64,000 bases of DNA from an uncultured delta proteobacterium (GCA_963812015.1 CAWETI010000002.1:576001-640000), one strand, 5' to 3'; positions 10,665 through 21,769 are shown, counted from the first letter of the stretch. The notes: generated by a model not told the origin, from the letters alone. Translations and numbers: made by a program.

Positions 10665-11405
10665 TCACAACAGCCAGCACCCGACCAGAAGTACGGCCAG
10701 GAAAGGGATCAGGGTGAGGGACAGGGCTGGCAGGCCGGGAACGGTGATCAGTCCCAGCCCCAGGACCAGCCCGGACAAAAAACCGCCCCCGGCCCCCAGC
10801 CATACCAGGACCAGGCCCAGGCGGCGGGCCGGGCCGGGGATACGGTCATCGGGGTCCATCTGTTCGGTCCAGTCCAGGTCCCAGCGGCTCACCCGGGGCG
10901 TAAGCAAGCGGAGGAGAACGGGGCCCAGGATGAGGGCGATGACCGCGTTGTTGATGAAGACCGCCACCGCGATGACGGAGAAGGGCAGGAGTTTAAAGAT
11001 TTCCACCCCGAAGCCGATCACCAGGGCGCAGGCCCAGGCGCCCAGAACCACGGCGGCGATAAAGCGAGGCAGGTGATTCCCCAGATCGGCCAGGGGACGG
11101 TCGCCCCAAAGTTTGTAGGTCAGGTAGGCGGCCAGGAAATTTCCCCAAAAGCCGAAGAAACTGCCCACCCCCAAGGTGCCGAAGAAGTCGCCGATGAGAT
11201 TGCCGAAGGCGGCGCCCCAGGCCCCCGCCGGGCCGAAAAGGAGGCCGAAGACCACGGGAATGACATTGGCAGGGCGCAGTTCGGTGAGCCCCGGGATCAG
11301 GGGGATGCCTTTGAAGGGGATGAGGATGGCGGCAAAGATCCCGGCGGTGAGCACCGTCAGGACCACCATGGTGGAATAATTCCACATGCGCCAGACTTCC
11401 CGCAT
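10665..11405 (-). CDS. ECF transporter S component, QueT-like
   Basis: Hydrophobic; ELRPAN..PVVFGLLFGPAGAWGAAFGNLIGD motif; co-oriented upstream of the ECF ATPase. Confidence 0.8.
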   Translation of the reverse strand: MREVWRMWNYSTMVVLTVLTAGIFAAILIPFKGIPLIPGLTELRPANVIPVVFGLLFGPAGAWGAAFGNLIGDFFGTLGVGSFFGFWGNFLAAYLTYKLWGDRPLADLGNHLPRFIAAVVLGAWACALVIGFGVEIFKLLPFSVIAVAVFINNAVIALILGPVLLRLLTPRVSRWDLDWTEQMDPDDRIPGPARRLGLVLVWLGAGGGFLSGLVLGLGLITVPGLPALSLTLIPFLAVLLVGCWLL

Positions 11406-11937
11406 CCGCTTAAGCTCCCAGAGGCCCATTCTACCGCATTGGAGCCAACGGGGCAATGAGGCCGTGGGAGGGGGCGATCCGGATTGGACCGGTTAGGGAA
11501 TGTTGAGCGGGGCTTTAAAAATCGATGCGCCCGGACCCCATATAAGGAAGTCGGCACCTCCCGCAGCCGGGCCCAAACCGGATTTCCGGGGCTTGGCCAA
11601 GGGTCCCGTCAAGCCATCCCCAGGGAGAACTAGCTTGCGGGCCGGACCTTTTTTCTCTAAACTCTCATGGTTAAAGGCAGGAGAAAGGCAAGGCAGGCAG
11701 GGCGTTGACCGAGGCCCGGCCGTTTAGGCCGCGGTTCGGAGAACTGACTTTTTACTAGTGATGGTTATAGAGCAATCGCCGGCGGTTTATTAACAGTCAC
11801 CCTTCACGCGACGCGCTCCCGGACCGGCAGCCAGGGGCCGGAGGTCAGGCCCCGGCCGGCCCTTTCCTGAGCCGCGCCAGGGCGCTTTGAAGATCCTTGC
11901 GGATATTAGTCGCAGCAATGAAAGGAGTTGGAGTATT

Positions 11938-12753
11938 ATGGCACAGCGGCGAGTCGGGGTCTACGTGGACTCCATGAATATCATGCGTTGCGGCGGCTAC
12001 GGGATGCGCTATGAAGTGATTCGGCGCTTTGTCGGCCGGGATGGCGATCAAGTAATGCGCCTGAATGCCTACGTCGCCATTGACGAAGAGCGCGCCATTT
12101 CTGATCCCAATTACAAAACGACCTTGAATTTCATCCTTACCCTGCGGGATTTAGGGTTCAAAGCCATTGAGAAGCCCATCAGGTGGTACACCGATGAATC
12201 CGGCCGGACCTACGGCAAGGCCAACCTGGACATGGAAATGGGCCTGGACATCGTCGCCCAATCCGACCGGTTGGACCTGATCTATCTGCTAACCGGTGAC
12301 GGCGATTTCTGCAGCGTGGTCACCATGGCGCAGAACAAGGGTTGCCGGGTGGAACTGATAGCCTTTGCTAATGTGTCGGGGCGGCTGCGCCGGGAGGTGG
12401 ACCTGTTCGTACCCGGCTACCTGGTGCCGGGGCTGTTGCCCACCACCCCGCCCTTTGCCGGGGCTCCGGCCTGGGGGGAAGTGGGCAGCCGGGTCCGGGG
12501 GGTGTGCACCAAATACTTTTTGGACCGCTCCTACGGGTTTTTCCGGTTCATGCACAGCTTCGGCAAGGTCTGGATCACCGACACTCGTCTGGAGGAATCC
12601 CCCTATACTTCGGTGTTTTTCATGGAAAAGGACCTGCCGTCGGGGGTGCATCCCGAGAACCTGCCCAGCCGGGATTACATCTTCGAGTTCACCCTGAGTG
12701 AGGGGGATAAAGGGTTTGTGGCCGCGGATATCGATTTGAATTATAAGTATTAG
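11938..12753 (+). CDS. NYN domain (LabA/DUF88) protein with C-terminal OB/cold-shock-like segment
   Basis: VYVDSMN, KANLDMEMGLD, LLTGDGDF, GCRVEL; C-terminal RGVCTKYFLDRSYGFF. Confidence 0.82.
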   Translation: MAQRRVGVYVDSMNIMRCGGYGMRYEVIRRFVGRDGDQVMRLNAYVAIDEERAISDPNYKTTLNFILTLRDLGFKAIEKPIRWYTDESGRTYGKANLDMEMGLDIVAQSDRLDLIYLLTGDGDFCSVVTMAQNKGCRVELIAFANVSGRLRREVDLFVPGYLVPGLLPTTPPFAGAPAWGEVGSRVRGVCTKYFLDRSYGFFRFMHSFGKVWITDTRLEESPYTSVFFMEKDLPSGVHPENLPSRDYIFEFTLSEGDKGFVAADIDLNYKY

Positions 12754-12929
12754 CCAGCAGCTTTCAGCGGTCGGTTTTCAGCTAAAAGAAAAAACCAAAA
12801 GTCGGCCTTTTCCATGGTACTAGAAATGACTATGGATTTCATGGTCGCTGTAGGCTTTCAACTGGACCGGCAGAGTTTTTGGCTGACCGCTGATAGCTGA
12901 AAGCTCAAAGCTTCAACAAAGGAGAGCCC

Positions 12930-14384
12930 ATGGGCCAGAAACTGCGCGTGCTGTTTGTTGCTTCGGAAGGGGTGCCCTTTGCCAAGACCGGCGGTCTGGC
13001 CGATGTGGTGGGCACCCTGCCCCAGGCCCTGGAGGAACACGGGGTCGAAATCAAGGTCCTTATGCCCTATTACGGCATGGTGAAGCAGGGGAAGGTGCCC
13101 ACCACGCTCATCGCCGAGGACCTGGAGGTGAACCTGGGGCTGATCAACCACACCTTCAATCTCATGGCCCCCGCCACCCCGGGTTCCCCGTTCTATTTCG
13201 TGGAGCGGGACGAGTTTTACGAACGGAGCCAGCTCTACGGCACCCCCCGGGGGGATTACTTCGACAACCTGGAGCGCTTCGCCTTTTTCAGCGGCGCGGT
13301 TCTGCCTTTTTGCCGGGCCTTGGACTTTGCCCCCGACCTGATTCACTGCCACGACTGGCAGAGCGCTCTGGCGCCGGTGTACCTCCGCCAGCGCTGGGGC
13401 GGCGAGGACATCCTGGCCGGGGCCAAGACGGTGTTCACCATCCACAACCTGGCCTACCAGGGCCTTTTTCCCAAAGAGAAGTACCCCCTGCTGGGTTTGG
13501 ACTGGTCTTATTACTCCATCGACGGCCTGGAGTACTACGACCAGATCAACCTGCTCAAAGGCGGCATCATCTGCGCCGACGCAGTCACCACGGTGAGCCC
13601 GCGCTACAGCGTCGAGATTCAGACCCCGGAGTTCGGCTACGGCCTGGAGGGAGTGCTGGGCACCCGGGCGGAGAATCTGCACGGCATCCTGAACGGCGTG
13701 GATTATCAGGACTGGAGCCCCGAGACCGACTCCCTGATCCCGGCCAAATTCGGCCGGAAGGATTTGAAGGGTAAGGCTGCGGACAAGGCGGCCCTGATGG
13801 AGGCCTTCGGGCTGTCCAAGGACCTGGCCGACGCCCCCATCCTGGCCATCATCTCCCGGCTGGCGGACCAGAAGGGCTTTGACCTGGTGGAGCAGGTCTT
13901 GCCCCAGCTCATGAAACAGAGACTGATGGTGGTCATCCTGGGCACCGGGGAGGAGAAATACCACCGCTGGCTGGAGGCCGAGGCCCCCAAATACCAGGGC
14001 AAGCTGGGAGTGAAGATCGCCTTTGACAACAAGCTGGCCCACCTCATGGAAGCCGGGGCCGATATGTTCCTCATGCCGTCCCGCTACGAACCCTGCGGCC
14101 TGAACCAAATCTACTCCATGAAGTACGGCACCATCCCCATCGTCCGGGCCACCGGCGGCCTGGCTGACACGGTGACCGCGGTGGGGGACCCCAAGACGCC
14201 GGGCACCGGCTTCGTGTTCACCGACTATACCCCCGAGGCCTTCCTCAAGGCCATCCATACCGCCCTGGACGCCTTCGCCAATAAGGACTTGTGGCAGCGC
14301 ATCATGATCCACGCCATGGGCCAGGACTTCTCCTGGAAGGTGTCAGCCCGGGCGTACCTGGAACTGTATAAGAGTTTGATGTGA
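12930..14384 (+). CDS. glgA: Glycogen synthase
   Basis: KTGGLADV, HCHDWQ, FTIHNLAYQG, GILNGVD, SRLADQKG, MPSRYEPCGLNQ, TGGLADTV. Confidence 0.97.
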   Translation: MGQKLRVLFVASEGVPFAKTGGLADVVGTLPQALEEHGVEIKVLMPYYGMVKQGKVPTTLIAEDLEVNLGLINHTFNLMAPATPGSPFYFVERDEFYERSQLYGTPRGDYFDNLERFAFFSGAVLPFCRALDFAPDLIHCHDWQSALAPVYLRQRWGGEDILAGAKTVFTIHNLAYQGLFPKEKYPLLGLDWSYYSIDGLEYYDQINLLKGGIICADAVTTVSPRYSVEIQTPEFGYGLEGVLGTRAENLHGILNGVDYQDWSPETDSLIPAKFGRKDLKGKAADKAALMEAFGLSKDLADAPILAIISRLADQKGFDLVEQVLPQLMKQRLMVVILGTGEEKYHRWLEAEAPKYQGKLGVKIAFDNKLAHLMEAGADMFLMPSRYEPCGLNQIYSMKYGTIPIVRATGGLADTVTAVGDPKTPGTGFVFTDYTPEAFLKAIHTALDAFANKDLWQRIMIHAMGQDFSWKVSARAYLELYKSLM

Positions 14385-14389
14385 TGAGC

Positions 14390-14612
14390 TGGGGAAGGGG
14401 GGCAGGGGCTTTTTTGTAAGTGGCCCCTGCCGCCCTTCCCCAGGCCCCATCCCCCAACCCCCATAAGTAGGGGCGACCCGCCGGGTCGCCCCTTTTTTTC
14501 TTATGTGATTGGGGGTGGAGGTTTGGAGGAGGGGGAAAGGGCACTTACGAAAAAGCCCCTGGCCCCCCAAAAAAACACGCCTCGTAGGGGCGGGTTTCAA
14601 ACCCGCCCCTAC
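14390..14612. repeat. Intergenic inverted-repeat/REP cluster between convergent glgA and copA (probable bidirectional terminator)
   Basis: Palindromes gtaggggcgacccgccgggtcgcccc (14467-14492) and gtaggggcgggtttcaaacccgcccctac (14584-14612). Arms ggcaggggcttttttgtaagtggccc and gggcacttacgaaaaagcccctggcc are mutually inverted. Confidence 0.7.
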
Positions 14613-14615
14613 ATA

Positions 14616-16811
14616 TCACCCCTTGAAGCGCCGCAGGCGCAAAGAATTGGTCACGACGGACACTGAGCTCATGGCCATGGCCGCGGCGGCCAGGGCCGGG
14701 TTGAGGGTCCAGCCCCAGAGGGGGTAGAAGGCCCCGGCGGCCACGGGGATGGCCACGATATTGTAGCAAAAGGCCCAGAAGAGGTTCTGGCGGATGATGC
14801 GCATCATCTGCCGGGAGAGTTGGATGGCCTGGGGGATGAGGTCCAGGTCGTCCCGGATGAGGGTCAAGTCCGCGGCCTCCAGGGCCACGTCGGCCCCGGT
14901 GCCCAGGGCGATGCCGACGTCGGCCTGGGCCAGGGCCGGGGCGTCGTTGATGCCGTCTCCCACCATGGCCACCACTTCACCATTGGCCTGGAGTTCCGCC
15001 ACTTTTTTGGCCTTATCGCCGGGGAGGACTTCGGCCAGCACGTCCTCGATGCCGATGCTGCCGGCCACCGCCATGGCGGTCATTTTATTATCGCCGCTCA
15101 AGAGGAGGATTTTCAGGCCCATGGCCTTCAAGGCGGCCACGGTCTGGGCGGCCCGGGGTTTGAGGGTATCGGCCGCGGCGATCACCCCCACGGGTTTACC
15201 GGCCACGGCCAGGAAGATGGCGGTCTTGCCCTCCCGGGACAGTTGGGCCTGGTGGGCGGCGAGGGGTTCGGCGGCGACCCCCTGTTGGGCGAGAAAGGCC
15301 AGGTTCCCCAGGAGCACTGCCTGGCCGTCGATCCTGGCCTCCACGCCCAGGCCCGGCACGGCCTGGAAGTCATGCACCTGGGGCAGGGCCAAATGTTGGG
15401 CTTGAGCGGCTCGGGTGACGGCTTCGGCCAGGGGGTGCTCGGATTTCTCCTCCAGGGCTGCGGCATGGGCCAGGACCGCCTCGGCGCTCCAGTGTTCCCA
15501 GGTATGGACGTCCGTTACCTGGGGGGCGCCCCGGGTGAGGGTGCCGGTTTTGTCAAAAACCACGGTGGTGAGGCGGTAGGCCCGCTCCAGGGGTTCGCCG
15601 CCCCGCATGAGGATGCCGAGCTCGGCGCCCCGGCCCGACCCCACCATGACCGCGGTGGGGGTGGCCAGGCCCATGGCGCAGGGGCAGGCGATGATGAGCA
15701 CCGCCACCATGCTGATGACGGCCCGGCTAAAGGTGGGCGGCGGCCCCCAATTGAGCCAGGCCAGGAAGGTTACTGCGGCCAGGCCCATGACCACCGGCAC
15801 GAAGATGGACGCCACTTTATCCACCAGGCGCTCGATGGGGGCTTTGCCGGTTTGGGCCTCTTCCACCAGGCGGATGATCTGGGAGAGCACCATGTCCTGG
15901 CCCACCCGGGTGGCCTTGAAGACCAGAAAGCCGCGTTGGTTCAAGGTGGCCCCCCAGACTTCGGCCCCCGGTTCCTTGGGCACGGGCATGCTTTCGCCGG
16001 TGAGCATGGACTCGTCGACGCTGCTCACGCCCTCGGCCACGACGCCGTCCACGGGGATCTTTTCCCCCGGCCGCACCACCACCAGGTCGCCCACCAGGAC
16101 TTCCGCCAAGGGGATTTCCTGCTCCTTATCGTCCCGGCGCACCCGGGCGGTGGGGGGGGCCAGGGCGAAAAGGCGGCGCAGGGCCTCGGAGGCCCGGCCC
16201 CGGGTGCGGGCTTCCAGCCAGCGGCCCAGGAGGATGAAGGTAATGATCATCACCGCGGTGTCGTAGTACACCGCCGGGGCATGGCCGGCCGCGGCCACGG
16301 TATCCGGGAAGAAGGTGACCCAGGCGGAGTAGAAATAGGCGGCGGAGGTCCCCAGGGCCACCAGGGTGTCCATGTTGGTGGACAGGTGTCGGGCGGCGTT
16401 CGCGGCCCCGGTAAAGAAGGAGGCGCCGGAGTAAAACATCACCGGGGTGGCGAAGACGAGCAGGATGAAGGCCAGGGCGCGGTGGCTGAGGCCGATGGCA
16501 TGGGTGACCGGGGGAATCATCAAGAGCCAGACCGGCAGGCTCAATGCCAGGGCCAGGAGGAAACGCCGGCGAAATTCCCGGACCTCGGCCTCCGGGGAGC
16601 GGGGGGCCCGCTGCTCCTTGGAGGAGGCTTCAACGATGTAGCCCGCATCGATGACCACCTGGGCCAGGGCCTCGGGGTTGGTAAGGCCAGGATTATATTT
16701 GACCTTGGCCTGGCGGGTGGCCAGGTTGACCGTGGCCAGTTCCACCCCGGGGGCGGCCGTCAGGGCCCGTTCCACCCGGGCCACGCAGGCGGCGCAGTGC
16801 ATGTCCCCCAC
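14616..16811 (-). CDS. copA: Cu(+)-type P1B-1 heavy-metal P-type ATPase
   Basis: MHCAAC HMA motif, [38 protein letters not shown] and MAMSS. True start uncertain (frame open to ~16868). Confidence 0.92.
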   Translation of the reverse strand: MGDMHCAACVARVERALTAAPGVELATVNLATRQAKVKYNPGLTNPEALAQVVIDAGYIVEASSKEQRAPRSPEAEVREFRRRFLLALALSLPVWLLMIPPVTHAIGLSHRALAFILLVFATPVMFYSGASFFTGAANAARHLSTNMDTLVALGTSAAYFYSAWVTFFPDTVAAAGHAPAVYYDTAVMIITFILLGRWLEARTRGRASEALRRLFALAPPTARVRRDDKEQEIPLAEVLVGDLVVVRPGEKIPVDGVVAEGVSSVDESMLTGESMPVPKEPGAEVWGATLNQRGFLVFKATRVGQDMVLSQIIRLVEEAQTGKAPIERLVDKVASIFVPVVMGLAAVTFLAWLNWGPPPTFSRAVISMVAVLIIACPCAMGLATPTAVMVGSGRGAELGILMRGGEPLERAYRLTTVVFDKTGTLTRGAPQVTDVHTWEHWSAEAVLAHAAALEEKSEHPLAEAVTRAAQAQHLALPQVHDFQAVPGLGVEARIDGQAVLLGNLAFLAQQGVAAEPLAAHQAQLSREGKTAIFLAVAGKPVGVIAAADTLKPRAAQTVAALKAMGLKILLLSGDNKMTAMAVAGSIGIEDVLAEVLPGDKAKKVAELQANGEVVAMVGDGINDAPALAQADVGIALGTGADVALEAADLTLIRDDLDLIPQAIQLSRQMMRIIRQNLFWAFCYNIVAIPVAAGAFYPLWGWTLNPALAAAAMAMSSVSVVTNSLRLRRFKG

Positions 16812-17107
16812 GGAGAGAATGATTTTTTCGGTCTGGGCGGAAATTGTCTTGATCTCCTCGGGTGCAGATTAGGCCTAGGTTATCCCCAGATGAACCAGAT
16901 ATTCCTTCATTATAGATAAATACGCCAAAGGGAAAAGGCAAGTGATCCGAAAGGATGACAAATTGCCGATACCCGGTTGGGGCTGTGGCGCCGTTCCGGC
17001 CACCTGGGAACCATCAAAAGATAGCCACCGAAAATTGCCGCATCGGGTCCGAGTCGTCAGGTCTTTCCCGTCTTGCTACCGGCCGCGGGAATTGATACTA
17101 TACCCCC

Positions 17108-18571
17108 ATGGGAAAGAGCTTAACACCGCGCTGGGGACGAAAGGTCAGCTACGTCTTCTGGGGCGCGGCAGGGATAGGTCTGTTGGCTGTCCTGGTGTGG
17201 CTGGCGGTGGGGCACCTGGACTTTGACGACCCCACGGTGGCGCTGAAGACCCCGGTGGAGGTGGTGGGGGCGAAAACCGCCCTGACGGTGGAGGCCGGAG
17301 ACCAGGACAGCGGCTTAAGAGAGGTCAAGGTCAGCTTGTCCCAGGGAGACCAGGGCAAGGTGGTGCTGGAGCGCACCTTTCCTCCGGGAGGGGGCCGGGG
17401 TGAGATCGTGGAGATCCCGGTGACCCTGGAGCCCAAGGCGTTAGGGTTTAAAGAGGGCAAAGCCATCCTCACCGTCGAGGCCCGGGACCGTTCCTGGCGG
17501 AACATGTTTCGGGGGCGCACCGCGAGCCTTACTCGGGAGGTGGTCATCGACCTGGTGCCCGTCACCTTGACCTACCAGGGGGTGAGCCATCTCCTCCATG
17601 CCGGGGGCACCGGGACCATCTGCTACCGCCTCAACAAAGAGGTCAAGGAGTCGGGGATTCTGGTGGGAGACCGGTTTTACCAGGGTTTTCCCAACCCCAA
17701 GGGGACCAAGGGGGATTACGTGGTGTTGTTCCCCGTGCCCCAGGAAGGACCGACGGGGTTCCGGGTGGATCTGGTGGCCCGACCGCCTCTGGGCACTGAA
17801 GTAAAGCAGGTGGTGTCCCTGCATGCCAAGCCGCGGCGGTGGCGCCACGATAGCATCAGCCTCTCGGACGGGTTTCTGCGCAAGGTGGCTTCCAGCTTTC
17901 CGGCGGCCAACCCCAACGACCTCCTGGGGACCTACCTGGAGGTCAACCGGAAGGTAAGGGGCCAGAATCACGAGTTGTTCCGGAAAGTCAGTTCCCAGAG
18001 CAGCCCGCAACCTTTGTGGGCCGGGGCCTTCCAGCGGTTTTTCGGCAAGCCCATGGCCCGCTTCGGGGACCGGCGCACCTACCTGTACCAGGGCAAAGCC
18101 GTGGACCAGCAGACGCACCTGGGCGAGGACCTGGCCTCCCTGATTAACAGCCAGGTGTACGCCGGCAATAACGGGGTGGTGGTCCTGGCTGAGCCCCTGG
18201 GGATTTACGGCCAGACGGTAATCCTGGATCATGGCCTGGGGGTCTTCTCCAGCTACAGCCACCTGAGCCAGATTGACGCCAAAGTGGGAGACAAAGTGGC
18301 CAAGGGCGCGGTCCTGGGCCGCACCGGCACCACGGGCCTGGCGGTGGGCGACCATCTCCATTTCGCCATCAACCTCCAGGGCGAATTTGTTGACCCCCTG
18401 GAATGGTGGGACCCTCACTGGCTCAAGGACCAGGTGGAAAAGGTTTGGGCCCAGGCCGGGGCCCCGGCGGCTGCGGCTGCGAGTCCCGACAAACCCACAT
18501 CGGAGCAGGGCAAGAAAAAGCCCGGCAAGGCAAGAGGCAAGGCCGCCAAAGGCAAAAAGCCGCACAACTAA
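17108..18571 (+). CDS. M23 family metallopeptidase with N-terminal membrane anchor
   Basis: HLGEDLA (HxxxD), YG..VILDHGLG..S.YSHL, GTTGLA.GDHLHF. Confidence 0.9.
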   Translation: MGKSLTPRWGRKVSYVFWGAAGIGLLAVLVWLAVGHLDFDDPTVALKTPVEVVGAKTALTVEAGDQDSGLREVKVSLSQGDQGKVVLERTFPPGGGRGEIVEIPVTLEPKALGFKEGKAILTVEARDRSWRNMFRGRTASLTREVVIDLVPVTLTYQGVSHLLHAGGTGTICYRLNKEVKESGILVGDRFYQGFPNPKGTKGDYVVLFPVPQEGPTGFRVDLVARPPLGTEVKQVVSLHAKPRRWRHDSISLSDGFLRKVASSFPAANPNDLLGTYLEVNRKVRGQNHELFRKVSSQSSPQPLWAGAFQRFFGKPMARFGDRRTYLYQGKAVDQQTHLGEDLASLINSQVYAGNNGVVVLAEPLGIYGQTVILDHGLGVFSSYSHLSQIDAKVGDKVAKGAVLGRTGTTGLAVGDHLHFAINLQGEFVDPLEWWDPHWLKDQVEKVWAQAGAPAAAAASPDKPTSEQGKKKPGKARGKAAKGKKPHN

Positions 18572-18853
18572 GGACCTGACTCAATCAGGGCCCCAGGACC
18601 GCGGGGGAGACGCACGGAGCATCCCGGGAGTCCTGGGGCCTTGCCGGTTATCTGGCCAGAAGGCCCCGTTGGGACTCCAAACGCCATGAAAAGGTGGTAA
18701 GCGGATCAGGATGGCCGCTCTGGGTGGGCAAGGCGCACCCGGAGAAAACTCCCCTGGCTGCAATCATGTTGACCGGGCCGTGATGGAACACGGCCCTCGG
18801 TGCGTCAGGGGCATTGCGCCCCTGCCGGCGTAACGATCTGCGAGAAGCTCGTC

Positions 18854-19462
18854 ATGATTATCAAGATCAATCCCGATAACCCCCAGGAGCGCCTGCTGCA
18901 CAAGGCCGTGGAAGTGCTCACCGGGGGCGGTCTCATCGCCTATCCCACCGACACCTGCTACGCCATCGGCTGCGACCTGTATAACCTCAAGGGTATCAGC
19001 CGGATATACCACCTCAAGCGCCAGCCCTTGAGCAAACCCTTCAGCATCATCTGCCAGGATTTAAAGAACATCAGCGAATACGCCCGGGTGGGCAATTACG
19101 CCTACAAAGCCATGAAGCGCCTCTTACCCGGCCCCTACACCTTCGTGCTACAGGCCTCCCGGCAGGTGCCCAAGATCCTCCAGACCAAGCGGCGCACCGT
19201 GGGCATCCGGGTCCCGGACCACCCCATCGCCCTGGGGTTGGTGGGTCTGTTAGGGCACCCCATCATCACCACCACCGCGGCCCTGCCGGATTCCCCGGTG
19301 GAGAGCGACCCCTACGAGATCGAGGACAAGTTCAAGCCGCACCTGGGCCTGGTCATCGATGGCGGCATCATCTTGCCGGAGCCGTCCAGCATCATTGCGA
19401 TGATCGACGACGTGCCCGAGGTCATCCGGGTGGGGAAGGGGGACGTGAGCGGGTTTGCGTGA
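18854..19462 (+). CDS. SUA5/YrdC/YciO family (threonylcarbamoyl-AMP synthase-like)
   Basis: IAYPTDTCYAIGC, LKR...KP, LPGPYTFVL, VGIRVPDHP. Confidence 0.9.
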   Translation: MIIKINPDNPQERLLHKAVEVLTGGGLIAYPTDTCYAIGCDLYNLKGISRIYHLKRQPLSKPFSIICQDLKNISEYARVGNYAYKAMKRLLPGPYTFVLQASRQVPKILQTKRRTVGIRVPDHPIALGLVGLLGHPIITTTAALPDSPVESDPYEIEDKFKPHLGLVIDGGIILPEPSSIIAMIDDVPEVIRVGKGDVSGFA

Positions 19463-19680
19463 AACGAGAGGGGTCAAAGGGAGAAGAGATGATGACTCCC
19501 ATTTCCCCTTATTTCCGGTAAATTCCTGCCGTCTCAAAATGTCCAGAAAATTCATCCTCGGCCCCCTGCGGCCAAGTTTTCCCCTTCGCCAGGTATGCTC
19601 TCATGGGTCTGCCCCAGGCAGGTCCCTGAGACAACTTGGCTATGCGGTTAAAAATTTTTCATGAAATCTCTCCGCCAAGT

Positions 19681-20733
19681 TTACTGGTCCTCCATCCACT
19701 TCCGCACCTGTTGGGCGCTTTCCGCATCTAACTCTTCCAACTGGCTCACCTGCCACTGATGGAGGATGAGTTCGAGGTCAATCCCCTTATCCAGGCAACC
19801 CAAACGAATCGCCTCCAGGTCCTCCGGGGTGGCGCCCCGGGGCAGGAGACTGGCAGGCGAAGAGGGAGTCACGGGGGCCTCGGCCTTGGGGGCCCGGCCC
19901 CTTTTACCTTTGTTTTCTTCTTTGGGGGTTGCTGCTTTGGGCCGCTCTTCCTTGGCCTCAGTGGCAGGGAATAACTGCTCCGCCGTGGCCTGGCCGTCTT
20001 TAAGTTGGGAAGCCATACCCCGCAAGCTGGCGATGTCCTCCGAGGCCCATTCATTTTTTGGTTTTCCTAAAACCGCCATCACGCGCGCTTCGCTGATACC
20101 GTAACCTGCCAGGAATTTCAGGGCCTTGTCCGTGGCCACGGCCAACCCTTCTTTGCTGATCCCCTGTAACACCGCTTCTTTGGCCCGTTCTTTAGCCTGG
20201 TCCGTGAGCCAGCGGGGGACCCCCGCCAAAACCACATTGCGGATGGCCCGGCTCTGAGCCGCCTGGAAGGTCATGTCCTCGGCCCGGTCGTCCTCCAGTT
20301 TCTTGAACACGCCCTTGCCTTTCTTTTTGCGAAAGACCCGGGAGACCGTAAAACCCCGCTCCAGATCCACGAAATGGGCATTGAACACCCATTCAGTCAG
20401 GGTCTCGTAGTATTCCACCGGCACCGCACAGTTGCTCCATTCCCGGGCCACGGCCATGGCCAAGCCGATGCTGGGGCCCTCAATTTTCTTGCCCCCCATG
20501 GGAAAGGAATAGTAGAAGGCATCCCCGGCGAATTCGGCTTCTCGCAGAACCGCGGCCACAACCTTATCCAGATTGCGGGGCCGCTGGACCGCCACCGCGG
20601 TGTGAAACTGGGTTTGGGAGCGCATCAGGGGGACAGGGGGATTGACGGTACCGGTCGGATAGGTTCCCGGTTCCCCGGTAAAAGGCTCCACCCCCGCAAA
20701 GGGGGGCGGGGCTATGTTTTGATTAGCTTCCAT
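19681..20733 (-). CDS. Phage-type hypothetical protein, putative single-strand annealing protein
   Basis: Start MEANQN follows AAGGAG, 5 nt after the nuclease stop. Core YSFPMGGKKIEGPSIGLA..AREW.N...AQSRAIRN, with a low-complexity linker and small C-terminal helical domain. Function inferred from context. Confidence 0.55.
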   Translation of the reverse strand: MEANQNIAPPPFAGVEPFTGEPGTYPTGTVNPPVPLMRSQTQFHTAVAVQRPRNLDKVVAAVLREAEFAGDAFYYSFPMGGKKIEGPSIGLAMAVAREWSNCAVPVEYYETLTEWVFNAHFVDLERGFTVSRVFRKKKGKGVFKKLEDDRAEDMTFQAAQSRAIRNVVLAGVPRWLTDQAKERAKEAVLQGISKEGLAVATDKALKFLAGYGISEARVMAVLGKPKNEWASEDIASLRGMASQLKDGQATAEQLFPATEAKEERPKAATPKEENKGKRGRAPKAEAPVTPSSPASLLPRGATPEDLEAIRLGCLDKGIDLELILHQWQVSQLEELDAESAQQVRKWMEDQ

Positions 20734-20738
20734 GGGTC

Positions 20739-21521
20739 TTATCTCCTTTTGATGGAGTATTTGCAGGTCCAAAAGTAACCGCACCATTGGGGGCTGCAGA
20801 TCCAGGCGCTGGGGTCGCAAGGGGGAAACAGCCCCGTGTGGATCTGGTTCAGCATCAAGTGGATTCTCAGTAAGAGGTTGGTCCAATCCTCCGGCCCCCG
20901 CCGGGTGGGTAGGCTTTGCAATTTTGGTTCTTTGTTGTTCACCAAGATTTCCAGGCTCACCTTTTCCGGCCACTTCCCCGTCTGGTGGGCCACTAGGCCG
21001 GCATAAAAGGTGAGCTGGAGGGAGTGGTCCGCCTCCTTGGGCCCCTTGCTCTTGTCGGAAGTCTTGAGGTCCGGGAGCCAGTGGTCGGCCGTGAGGACAT
21101 CAATGGTGCCCCGGAGGGGCAAGTCTAAGCCGGCATCCAGAGTCATCTTCTCTTCCACCAGGAGGGGGTGGATGGCCGGGGCCAAGGAGACTCGGTAGAG
21201 TTTGGTGAGTCGGATGGCCGCGTCCAGGCCCTTGGCCAGGAGGGTGTCTTTCTCGGCTATCTGGTCTTTGGGAATGAAAACCCCTTCATCGGTGATCAGT
21301 CTGACGTAATGATCCCGGGCGGCGTCCTGGAGGTCTCCCACGGGCAGATCTTCTTGGGAGTGCAGTTTTTGTTCATGATTGATTTGGGCGGCTTTGTGGG
21401 TGGCCGAACCGCGCCGGGCGGCAATCCCGGGAGGGATGATTTCGCCCCGGAGGTAGCGGCGCTCGAACTGGTGGGGACACCGTAAGAACATCCCCAGCAT
21501 CGATTGGGTTATCGTTTCCAT
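20739..21521 (-). CDS. PD-(D/E)XK exonuclease (RecB/AddB/Cas4-like, 4Fe-4S staple)
   Basis: ITQSML..FLRCP, G...H, E...LRGTID......DLKT, QLTFY, C-terminal CSPQWCGYFWTC. Confidence 0.85.
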   Translation of the reverse strand: METITQSMLGMFLRCPHQFERRYLRGEIIPPGIAARRGSATHKAAQINHEQKLHSQEDLPVGDLQDAARDHYVRLITDEGVFIPKDQIAEKDTLLAKGLDAAIRLTKLYRVSLAPAIHPLLVEEKMTLDAGLDLPLRGTIDVLTADHWLPDLKTSDKSKGPKEADHSLQLTFYAGLVAHQTGKWPEKVSLEILVNNKEPKLQSLPTRRGPEDWTNLLLRIHLMLNQIHTGLFPPCDPSAWICSPQWCGYFWTCKYSIKRR

Positions 21522-21769
21522 ATCATTTGGACTCGCTATGATTTATCAAACTCAAACGCACATGCTTACTGAGTCAGTACTATGCCCGGGATAAACTCGT
21601 GTCTCATTAAAGAGGGTTTCTTGGCGCGCCCAGGTCATATACCCTCTTTCAGCACCTTTCCGTCCGAGATCTCCGTTTGACTTACCAACTGTTTCGCGGT
21701 AACTTGTAACTGCCTCGTACAGTTAATAGATCACTATAATATACTTTTGTCAAGCATAAATTCATTAAA

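Noticed and set aside
11406..11937. preQ1 or other riboswitch upstream of the QueT-like gene
   Set aside because: No recognisable aptamer consensus by eye; an Rfam cmscan would settle it.
12754..12905. gctttcagc / gctgaaagc short repeats (also ~2811-2841 and ~3985-4010) as a CRISPR array or ncRNA
   Set aside because: Degenerate 7-mer intergenic repeats forming inverted pairs with no regular spacers; most likely generic terminator-like repeats.
14820..16919. Long antisense ORFs (also 2635..3702, 4326..5564, 12858..14312, 17441..18565)
   Set aside because: GC-rich shadow frames opposite well-supported genes.
20739..21521. Cas4 / CRISPR-Cas system
   Set aside because: The nuclease has Cas4-like cysteines, but I found no other cas genes and no repeat-spacer array in the window; the context is phage-recombination-like.
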